DNA of 64,000 nt. Origin: an uncultured Planctomycetota bacterium (GTDB lineage Bacteria; Planctomycetota; Planctomycetia; Isosphaerales; Isosphaeraceae). The notes below the pieces were generated by a model. That model had not been told where the DNA came from and made no database searches. It saw nothing but the letters and a program-made list of their open reading frames with translations. The stretch covers positions 1,696,001 through 1,760,000 of the forward strand of contig CAVTTN010000002.1 in assembly GCA_963737655.1 (NCBI GenBank). Reading direction: 5' to 3'. A program made the position numbers and the translations under genes. The stretch's first letter is position 1. Each line of letters starts with the position of its first letter. Positions 32,563 through 40,215 of the stretch are shown here, piece after piece.

Positions 32563-33125
32563 CCCCCCGGACCGAACCCGCGCCCTCCTCGGCGATCCCC
32601 TCGGCCTCGCCCCCGGCCGCCGAGACCGACCCCCTGCGGAAGGCGGCCATCCTGGTCGTCAGCCTGGAGCAGCCGCTGGCCTCGCAGCTCCTCGCGCACC
32701 TGGACCGCTCGGCCGTCGAGGCGGTCACCCTGGAGATCGCCCGGCTCGATCGGATCGCCCCGGCCGAACAACGTGCCGTCCTTGAGGAGTTTTACGGCCT
32801 GGGCCTCCGTCGGCTCCGATTTGTGTTCGACGACCTGGTGAGGCTGGACGATATAGATCTCAGGGAAGCGTTCCACGACGAGGACGCGCCGGCCTGGGCG
32901 GTGGCCCTGGCCGGGGCCTCGTCTCCGGTCCGGGCCAAGGTCCTCTCGGCCCTGGCGCCCGGGTCGGCCGCCGCCCTGAGGCGGGCCCTGGACGGGATCG
33001 GGCCGTTCCGGCTCGACGACGCCGAGGCCGCCCAGGCCGAGCTGGCCGAGCGCTTCCGCCGGCTCCACGACCACGGCCGGATCACGCTACCAGACCCCGA
33101 CGGTCGGGAGGAGATCCTTGTCTGA
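32559..33125 (+). CDS. fliG: Short FliG-like protein (N domain joined directly to C domain)
   Basis: RKAAILVVSL N-terminal motif; FVFDDL and GPFRL..EAAQ C-domain motifs. Confidence 0.8.
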   Translation: MTPRTEPAPSSAIPSASPPAAETDPLRKAAILVVSLEQPLASQLLAHLDRSAVEAVTLEIARLDRIAPAEQRAVLEEFYGLGLRRLRFVFDDLVRLDDIDLREAFHDEDAPAWAVALAGASSPVRAKVLSALAPGSAAALRRALDGIGPFRLDDAEAAQAELAERFRRLHDHGRITLPDPDGREEILV

Positions 33126-33426
33126 CCTCGTCGATTTCGAAGACCTCGGGCAGCTCGACGGCGGCGACCTGAGGGCCGTGTTCGGCCAGGTGAGCCTCGA
33201 TCAGGTCCTCGCGGCCCTGATCGGGACCACCCCGGCCTTCCGCCAACAACTCCTGACGAAGCTCGCGCCGGCCTCCGCCGTCAAGCTGGAGAGCCGGGTC
33301 AAGACCCACGGCCCGGTGGCGTTCGCCACCGTCCAGGCCGCCCAGCGCGACCTGGTCGAGGCCCTCTGCCGCCTCAGCCGGGGCGGGCAGGTCGCCTTCG
33401 ACGACCCGGCCGACATGGTGGCCTGA
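33118..33426 (+). CDS. Stand-alone FliG C-terminal domain protein
   Basis: DFEDL..AL.G..GPV..VQAAQ..L.RL..GGQV. Confidence 0.8.
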   Translation: MSDLVDFEDLGQLDGGDLRAVFGQVSLDQVLAALIGTTPAFRQQLLTKLAPASAVKLESRVKTHGPVAFATVQAAQRDLVEALCRLSRGGQVAFDDPADMVA

Positions 33427-33754
33427 CCGACCGCGACCCTCGGGCCGGCCTTCCGCCGCCCTCTCCCCCGCTTGCTTCGGGGGAGAGGGTCTACCAGGGC
33501 CTCACGACCACCCCTCCCCGGGGATCGTCCGGGGCCGTTTCCTCCTCGGTGGGCGATTCTTCCGAGGGGTTTGGGGCGGCACGGGTTCCGTCCTCGGAAT
33601 CCGTGCCGCCCCAAATGCTTCCGGCCGAGAACCTCTCGGAAAAGGAAACGGCCCCGGGGGATCGTCGAACCGCTCTGGACGCGCCCTCCGAATCGTGTAC
33701 CCTGACGCCGCCGGTCGTCCCGGAGGGCCTCGGGTGATGCGACAAGGAGCGTCG

Positions 33755-34234
33755 ATGCCGCGTACGATCTCGCGACTCGCGGCGGCCGTCTGCGTCTTTT
33801 CGACGAGCTGGGGCCTCGGCCCGGGCCCTCGGGCCTCGGCCGACGAGCCGGCGCCGACGGTCGCCCTGCCGAACCCCTCGCGCCATCCCACGTCGCGACC
33901 CGTCGGCGGGAAGCCGGGGGCCTCGACCGGCTCGGGCGGCTTCTGGCTCGGCTCGGCCGGGGTGGCGGTCGCGTTGGCGGCCTTCGGAGGACTCAGCCTG
34001 GCGACGAAGAAGCTCCGCCCCTCCGGCGGCGACTCCCCCACGCTCCGCGTGGTCGGCCGGGCCGGGTTGTCGCCGAAGCACAGCGTTTATCTCCTCCGGG
34101 TCGGCGATCGCGTCCTGATCGTCGGCGCCGGGGGCCAGGGGCCGCCGTCGCTCCTGGGCGAGATCACCGACTCGAACGCCCTCGGCCGGCTGATCCCCGA
34201 TCGCTCGCCCGGCGGGGCCGGAGGCTCGTCATGA
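33755..34234 (+). CDS. fliO: FliO-like export assembly protein
   Basis: RBS AAGGAG; TM followed by LRVVGRAGLSPKHSVYLLRVGDRVLIVG. Confidence 0.8.
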   Translation: MPRTISRLAAAVCVFSTSWGLGPGPRASADEPAPTVALPNPSRHPTSRPVGGKPGASTGSGGFWLGSAGVAVALAAFGGLSLATKKLRPSGGDSPTLRVVGRAGLSPKHSVYLLRVGDRVLIVGAGGQGPPSLLGEITDSNALGRLIPDRSPGGAGGSS

Positions 34235-35073
34235 AACGCCCCGGCCTGGCCGTGGGGCTGGCCCTGGTCGCCGTCGTCCTGATCGCCGGGGCCGACTCGC
34301 CCCGGGACGGGGATCGCGACGGTGACGGCGGGAAGGTCGCCCTCTCGGACTTCTCCGACATCCGGATCCCGCCCAGGCCCGAGCCCGTCTCGGCGCCGAC
34401 GGCCGCCGTCCCCGCGCCTCCTCCGGTGGCCGCGTCGATCCAGACCGTCGTCCTGTTCGCGTTGATCTCGCTCGCCCCGGCCGCCGCGCTGATGGTCACG
34501 GCCTTTGTGAGGATCAGCGTCGTCCTGACGCTCCTCCGCCAGGCGCTGGGCAGCCCCCAGGTCCCGGGCAATCAGGTGTTGATGGCCGTGGCGCTGCTGC
34601 TGACGGCCCTGGTGATGCGCCCGGTCGCCGAATCGGTGTATGAACGGGGGATCAAGCCGTATTCCGAGGGCCGGCTCGAACCGATCCCGGCGTGGGAGGC
34701 CGGCACCGGCCCGATCAAGGATTTCATGATCGAACAGATCTGCCGGACCCACCACGAACGCTACCTCTGGGAGCTGTACGACCGCACCAATCCCCCGGCC
34801 GGCACCCCGGAGCCGACGGACTGCTCGCAGTTCTCGCTCGGGGTGGTCGCCCCGGCGTTCCTCCTCAGCGAGCTGACGACCGCCCTGTTCATCGGCTTCG
34901 CGATCTACTTGCCGTTCCTGGTGATCGACCTGGTGGTCTCGGCCGTGCTCTCGGCGATGGGCCTGTTCATGATGCCGCCGTCGCTCGTGGCGCTGCCCCT
35001 GAAGCTCATCCTCTTCGCCCTGGCCGACGGCTGGATGCTCGTCGCCGGGATGCTCTTGAGGAGCTTCCTGTAG
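34231..35073 (+). CDS. fliP: Export gate protein FliP (SctR)
   Basis: TAFVRI..LRQALG..PGNQVL, PAFLLSEL, YLPFLVIDLVV, LPLKLILF..DGW. Confidence 0.95.
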   Translation: MKRPGLAVGLALVAVVLIAGADSPRDGDRDGDGGKVALSDFSDIRIPPRPEPVSAPTAAVPAPPPVAASIQTVVLFALISLAPAAALMVTAFVRISVVLTLLRQALGSPQVPGNQVLMAVALLLTALVMRPVAESVYERGIKPYSEGRLEPIPAWEAGTGPIKDFMIEQICRTHHERYLWELYDRTNPPAGTPEPTDCSQFSLGVVAPAFLLSELTTALFIGFAIYLPFLVIDLVVSAVLSAMGLFMMPPSLVALPLKLILFALADGWMLVAGMLLRSFL

Positions 35074-35201
35074 GGTGCATGAAATGCACCAGTCTGGATT
35101 CTTTGGTTTTGCAAGATCTGCATCGGAAGGGCGGCCCGGGGCCGCCGGGTGCCTGGTGCATTTCATGCACCCTACATGACGGTGCATTTCATGCACCCTA
35201 C
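35070..35201. repeat. GTAG REP-C cluster (one forward, two inverted copies)
   Basis: GTAGGGTGCATGAAATGCACC; GGTGCATTTCATGCACCCTAC at 35155 and 35181. Confidence 0.85.
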
Positions 35202-35210
35202 GGGGGATTC

Positions 35211-35471
35211 ATGGATACGGTCATCGACTGGTCGCGGGAAGCCGTCCGGATGGCCTTGCTTCTCGGCGGGCCGATCCTGCTGGCGGCGCTGGTGGTGGGC
35301 CTGGTGGTGGGCGTGGTCCAGGCCGTGACCCAGATGCATGAGCCGGTCGTCGGCCAGGTGCCCCGGCTGATCGCCGTGGCGGTGGTCGTGTTGCTGGCCC
35401 TGCCGTGGCTGATGGCGACGTGGGTCGGCTACGCGAGCGAGTTGATCGGCTCGATCCCGGACCGTCTCTGA
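35211..35471 (+). CDS. fliQ: Export gate protein FliQ (SctS)
   Basis: P.LLAALVVGLVVGVVQAVTQMHE..VPRL; 86 aa. Confidence 0.92.
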   Translation: MDTVIDWSREAVRMALLLGGPILLAALVVGLVVGVVQAVTQMHEPVVGQVPRLIAVAVVVLLALPWLMATWVGYASELIGSIPDRL

Positions 35472-35490
35472 GGCGAGGGAGCGTCTGCCG

Positions 35491-36264
35491 ATGGGCCGGA
35501 CCCTCGACTTCTTGCTGGCGATCGCGGCCGACCGCGCCGGCGATTACGCGCTGATCGCGGCGAGGGTGGGCGGCCTGGTGGCGACGGCGCCCGGGTTCGG
35601 CACGTCGGCCCTGGGCTGGCGGGTCCGCGTGGGCCTGGCGATCGTCTTGACGCTGGCCGTCGCCCCGGCCGTGGGGCCGATCGCCACCCGGCCGGCGGGC
35701 TTCGAGGCGATCGCCCGGCTCGCCCTCGGCGAATTCGGCCTGGGGGCGGCCCTGGGGATCATCGCGGGCCTGGTGATCGCCGGGGCGAGGCAGGCCGGAG
35801 ACCTCGTCGGGATGCAAGCCGGCCTCGCGCCGGCCAGCCTGATCGACCCCGAGGCCGGCGACGACCTGAACCCGCTGGGCCACCTGTACGGAGGCCTGGC
35901 CCTGGGCGTGTTCCTCGCGATGGACGGCCCGCTCGTCCTCGTCGGCTCGCTCGTCGAGAGCTACCGGGCGATGGGCGTCGGCGAGGTCGAGCTCTCGGCC
36001 GAGACGGTCGATCGGGCGTTCGCCCGGATCGGCTGGGGCCTGTCCCTGGCGATCCGGGCCGCCGCCCCGGCCGCCCTGGCGATGGCCATCGCCGGGGCCG
36101 CCCTCGGCCTGCTCGGCCGGGCGGCGCCGTCTCTGGGCCTGATCAGCCTGAGCATGCCGGCGAGGATCGCCCTCGGCCTGGTCCTGGCGATGATGGGCCT
36201 GGCGGCCCTCGCCGGGGTGTTCGAATCCGCGTGGATGGACGCCCTGCGGTTCGGGACCGGATAG
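35491..36264 (+). CDS. fliR: Export gate protein FliR (SctT)
   Basis: ARQAGDLVGMQAGL..IDP, LGRAAPSL, six-TM pattern. Confidence 0.9.
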   Translation: MGRTLDFLLAIAADRAGDYALIAARVGGLVATAPGFGTSALGWRVRVGLAIVLTLAVAPAVGPIATRPAGFEAIARLALGEFGLGAALGIIAGLVIAGARQAGDLVGMQAGLAPASLIDPEAGDDLNPLGHLYGGLALGVFLAMDGPLVLVGSLVESYRAMGVGEVELSAETVDRAFARIGWGLSLAIRAAAPAALAMAIAGAALGLLGRAAPSLGLISLSMPARIALGLVLAMMGLAALAGVFESAWMDALRFGTG

Positions 36265-36294
36265 GGCGGTTTTCGATGGCTTTCGATGGCTTTC

Positions 36295-36363
36295 GTAGGG
36301 TCCGCTCTTGCGGACCTCCCGGCGGCTTCTCGGATCGAAGAGGTCCGCATTAGCGGACCCTAC
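36295..36363. repeat. GTAG REP-D inverted doublet
   Basis: GTAGGGTCCGCTCTTGCGGACCT ... AGGTCCGCATTAGCGGACCCTAC. Confidence 0.8.
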
Positions 36364-36398
36364 AAAAACCTTGGCCAACCGTCCTGAGAGGAGCCGCC

Positions 36399-37463
36399 AT
36401 GTCCGAAGACCGGACCCAGGCGCCTTCGGCCCGCCGTCGGCAGGAAGCCCGGGAGATGGGCGTGGTCGCCCGGAGCTCGGAGCTGACCGCCGCCGTGGGG
36501 CTGCTCGCGGCCGTGGCCTTGCTCGGGGCGTTCGGCGAATCGCTCGGCTCGGGCCTCGTCAACCTCGTCCGAGGCCCGTTCGTCGAGGGATCGATCCCTC
36601 CGTCCGACCCGTCGGCCGTCGTGGCGAGCGTCCGAGCGGCATCGGGGAAGGTCTTCGGCCCCCTGATCGGCCTCCTCGGCGGGACCGTCCTGGCGATGGT
36701 CGCGGCCCATCAGGCGCAGGTCGGCGGGATCTTCACGCCGGGCCGCCTCGCCCCGGACTTCACCCGGCTGATGCCCTCCTCCGACGGCGGCTTCCTCGCC
36801 CGAGGGGGTCGCGGCCTCTGGGGCCTGGCCAAGGCGGTCGTCGTCGTGGCCGTGGCGGCGTGGGCGATCCGGTCGCGAGGCCCCGAGCTCGCCCGCCTCG
36901 GCCATCTCGACCCGCCCGCCCTGATCTCGGCCGCCGGATCGATCGTCCGAAGCCTGTTCTTCGCGCTGGGGGTCGCCACGCTGGCCCTGGGCCTGATCGA
37001 CCTGGCGATCCAGAGGGCGAGGGTCGAGGCCCTCCTGCGGACGACCCCTCAGGAGCAGCGCGAGGACCAGAAAGCCATCGACGGCGACCCCGCCGTGAAG
37101 GCCCGCCGCCACCGCCTGGCGAAATCCTGGAGGAGCGACCCGGGGGAGATCCTCGCCGGGGCGTCGCTGGTCCTGACCGGCCCGGGGAACCTCGCCGTGG
37201 TCCTCGCCGGAGGTCCCCCGCCGGGCCGGATCACCGTCCGGGGCTCGGCCCGGGGAGGCTCGGGCGCGACCCTCGCCAAAGCGGCGAAAAAGGCCGGGAT
37301 CGGCACGATCGACGCCCCCGGGCTCGCCCGCCACTTCGCCCGAGGCGCCTCGGCCGGGCCGGCCCTGCCTCCCGAACTCGACGCCGAACTCACCCGGCTG
37401 TGGGTTCGCCGGGCCTCGGAGGGGCCGCCGAGGAGTCCAGCCGTGGCTCCGGATCGTCTCTAG
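36399..37463 (+). CDS. flhB: FlhB (SctU)-like export protein lacking NPTH
   Basis: EDRTQAPS.RR..ARE.G.V.RS.EL; DGDPAVKAR; cytoplasmic domain IDAPGLAR. Confidence 0.88.
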   Translation: MSEDRTQAPSARRRQEAREMGVVARSSELTAAVGLLAAVALLGAFGESLGSGLVNLVRGPFVEGSIPPSDPSAVVASVRAASGKVFGPLIGLLGGTVLAMVAAHQAQVGGIFTPGRLAPDFTRLMPSSDGGFLARGGRGLWGLAKAVVVVAVAAWAIRSRGPELARLGHLDPPALISAAGSIVRSLFFALGVATLALGLIDLAIQRARVEALLRTTPQEQREDQKAIDGDPAVKARRHRLAKSWRSDPGEILAGASLVLTGPGNLAVVLAGGPPPGRITVRGSARGGSGATLAKAAKKAGIGTIDAPGLARHFARGASAGPALPPELDAELTRLWVRRASEGPPRSPAVAPDRL

Positions 37464-37483
37464 CGGGGTCGAGGGCGGTTCCT

Positions 37484-37567
37484 GTAGGTTCCGCTCTTGC
37501 GGACCTCTTCGATTCGATGAGCTGCCATGAGAGGAGATGCGAAGAGGTCCGCAAGGGCGGACCCCAC
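37484..37567. repeat. REP-D inverted doublet
   Basis: GTAGGTTCCGCTCTTGCGGACCT ... AGGTCCGCAAGGGCGGACCCCAC. Confidence 0.75.
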
Positions 37568-37589
37568 AAGAACCGCTGAGAGAGCCACG

Positions 37590-38021
37590 ATGTTCGGGAT
37601 CTACGACGACCAGGGAATCCGCTTCGAGTACCCGCCGGGCTGGGAGGTCGAGGTCACCGACGACGGCCCCCGCCGGGTCATCGCGATCGAGTCGCCCGAC
37701 GGACCGGCGTTCGCCATGATCACCGTGGACGAAAACCGCCTCGCCCCGGCCGACATGGCCGACGAGGCCCTGGCCGCCATGCGGGACGAATACCCCACGC
37801 TCGAAGCCGTCCCCGCGCTGGACTCGATCGACGGCCAGAACGCGGTGGGCTTCGACGTCGAGTTCTTCAGCCTGGACATGCTCAACGCCTGCTCGATCCG
37901 CTGCTTCCGAACGCCGAGGCGGACCGTCCTGATCTTCGGCCAGTGGATGGAAGACGACGAGGACGACCCCGGGGCGGCCATCGCGGCGATCGCCCGCTCG
38001 ATCGAGGAGACCGACGCCTGA
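37590..38021 (+). CDS. Hypothetical acidic protein (PsbP/DcrB-like fold possible)
   Basis: GIRFEYPPGWEV N-terminal motif. Confidence 0.75.
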   Translation: MFGIYDDQGIRFEYPPGWEVEVTDDGPRRVIAIESPDGPAFAMITVDENRLAPADMADEALAAMRDEYPTLEAVPALDSIDGQNAVGFDVEFFSLDMLNACSIRCFRTPRRTVLIFGQWMEDDEDDPGAAIAAIARSIEETDA

Positions 38022-38076
38022 ATCGGTCGATCGGTTACAATGCCGTCAGGGCCGACCGACCGACGGAGGGACGACG

Positions 38077-38412
38077 ATGGCTTCGGCGACCACCCCGCAG
38101 ATCCGCCTGGACGACCGGGGCCGGGCGGTGATCGACGACACCCGCATGAAGGTGAAGATGCTGGTGCTCTCCCGGATCGCCCACGGCTGGGGGATCGACG
38201 AGTTGCAGACTCAATATCCCCACCTCTCCCGAGAGCAGGTCGAGGCGGCCCTGGTCTACTACGACGCCCATCGCGCCGAGATGGACGCCGAGATCGAACG
38301 GGAATATCGGGAGGTGCAGGAGCTGCGGGCCCGGCAATCCCCGAAACAGCCGACGCGGGAGGAACTGGTCGCCAGGTTGGAGGCGATGCGGGCCTCGGGC
38401 AAGCGGCCGTGA
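38077..38412 (+). CDS. DUF433-family antitoxin
   Basis: IDDTRMKV..G..ELQTQYPHLSREQVEAALVYY. Confidence 0.9.
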   Translation: MASATTPQIRLDDRGRAVIDDTRMKVKMLVLSRIAHGWGIDELQTQYPHLSREQVEAALVYYDAHRAEMDAEIEREYREVQELRARQSPKQPTREELVARLEAMRASGKRP

Positions 38413-38756
38413 GCGTGGCCTTCTACCTCGATCACAACGTCGATCGCGCCGTGGCCGAGGGGTTGCGACTCCGGGGGGTGGACGTCCTGACCGCCCTGGA
38501 GGATGGGACCACGACCCTGGCCGACCCGGACCTCCTGGATCGCGCCTCCGCCCTCGGTCGGGTCATCGTGACCCATGACCAGGACTTTCTCCGGGAAGGT
38601 CCGGCTCGTCAGCGAACGGGCCGGACCTTCGCCGGCATCCTGTACGCGCACCAGCTCGACGTCTCGCTTGGCCGACTGATCGACGACCTCGAATTGATCG
38701 CGCAGGCCCAATCGCCCGAAGATTACGCGGGTCGAGTCCGCTACTTGCCTCTGTGA
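38409..38756 (+). CDS. DUF5615 PIN-like toxin
   Basis: [35 protein letters not shown] overlap with the antitoxin. Confidence 0.88.
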   Translation: MSVAFYLDHNVDRAVAEGLRLRGVDVLTALEDGTTTLADPDLLDRASALGRVIVTHDQDFLREGPARQRTGRTFAGILYAHQLDVSLGRLIDDLELIAQAQSPEDYAGRVRYLPL

Positions 38757-38799
38757 CGCGGATAACGCTCGCCCTCTCTTGAGCCGGCCCGGGCCCGGG

Positions 38800-39963
38800 T
38801 CACGGGGTGAGCGACCCCGCCGGGAACATGGTTCCGATTCGGGGGCAGTTCTCGTCGAGCAGCGCGTCGATGTTCGCGAGCTCCAGCGACTTGCCGTAGG
38901 CCCGGAGCTTGTCGCGGGTGATGTCGCGGACGAACGGGATGTTCGAGACCGCCTGGAGCTTGATCCACCCGGTCAGCCAGCCCTGCTCGAAACTCTTTTG
39001 CAGGGGGTCCTTTTCGACGTTCGGCAGGTCGGCGATCCGCACGACGTCCACATTTTTCAGCAGGACCGGGGCGTCCTTGTCTACGTCCTTGGCGGTCAGG
39101 ACCAGGGTCTTGTCCACGACCTGGGCCGGGTCGAAGCTGGCGTCGAAGGTGTCGTCGTCGGTGTCCACCGCCGTCCTCCAGGCCTCGATCTGCTGGGCGA
39201 CGACGAGCATCTCCTGCATGACCCGCTCGTTGATGGCGTTCTGCCACTGCAAGGGGTTGGCGGGGATGGCCTTGATGGACGCCGGGCGCAGGGTCGCGCC
39301 GGCGGGGCCTCGGACCGCGAACTTGGACAGGTCCTTGATCCCGTCGATCAGGAAGATGGCCTTCGCGCCCTTCATGTCCGCGTCGCTGGTCCCGAGCTTC
39401 CTCATGGCGTTGCCGACCGTCGAGCCGGCCAGGGCGCCGACGCCCCCGCCGATGAACGCCAGGGCCAGCCCCAGCAGCATGTCCTCGGCGAGCTTGACCG
39501 TGGCGTCGATGTCCTTCAGGACCTTGTTGTGCGCCTCGAACGCGTTGCCGTAGGCGAGGGAGATGCTGCTGAGCCATCCGCTGATGTGGATCTGGGCGAT
39601 CTGCACCTTGGCCACGGCGGTGTTGCACCGGGCGACGAACTGGGCCTTGGCCTCCGCCGTGCGGACGAAGAGGACCTGGGCGCCGATCTTCCGGGCCTCG
39701 GCCTTCAGGTCGAACGTCCCGGCCTGCATGTGCGCCTTGCCGGTCGCGCCGTGGGGGTCCAGGGGCACGTTCCATTCTTCCCACGTCTTGGACCCGGTCC
39801 ACCGGGTGACCAGCTTCCCGTTGTCGATCTTCCAGGAGCCGGCGCCGGTCATCCCGTTGAGCGGGTCGCTCCAGTTCACGGCCCCCTGCGCGGTGAAGTT
39901 GTAGATCCAGTTCCATTGCTGGACGTGGACGTTCCAGCTGGAATCCGTCATGGTTTGCAGCAC
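38800..39963 (-). CDS. Hypothetical protein: Trp-rich beta domain plus helical domain with hydrophobic hairpin
   Basis: RBS GGAGG; typical codon usage; LLGLALAFIGGGVGALAG segment; no signal peptide. Confidence 0.8.
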   Translation of the reverse strand: MLQTMTDSSWNVHVQQWNWIYNFTAQGAVNWSDPLNGMTGAGSWKIDNGKLVTRWTGSKTWEEWNVPLDPHGATGKAHMQAGTFDLKAEARKIGAQVLFVRTAEAKAQFVARCNTAVAKVQIAQIHISGWLSSISLAYGNAFEAHNKVLKDIDATVKLAEDMLLGLALAFIGGGVGALAGSTVGNAMRKLGTSDADMKGAKAIFLIDGIKDLSKFAVRGPAGATLRPASIKAIPANPLQWQNAINERVMQEMLVVAQQIEAWRTAVDTDDDTFDASFDPAQVVDKTLVLTAKDVDKDAPVLLKNVDVVRIADLPNVEKDPLQKSFEQGWLTGWIKLQAVSNIPFVRDITRDKLRAYGKSLELANIDALLDENCPRIGTMFPAGSLTP

Positions 39964-40215
39964 GGCGATCCTCCCCTTACCGTCCGTCCGATCGCGAGCC
40001 CCTCGCCACCGGAGGCCGGACGATCCGCCCGGGCGGAGGATTTCGAAGTCTCATTCATTCCAAGAACGAGCACCTCGCCCGGTTATTCCTCCGAATGATC
40101 CATGATTCCGAAAAAGCCCAACTCGCCCGGAGGGTCCGGGCGGGGCGGAGGGCGGAGTCGATCGAAGTCCGGCCGACCCGGGACGTTCGTCGGGTCGGCG
40201 AGCTTGCGTCATCCA

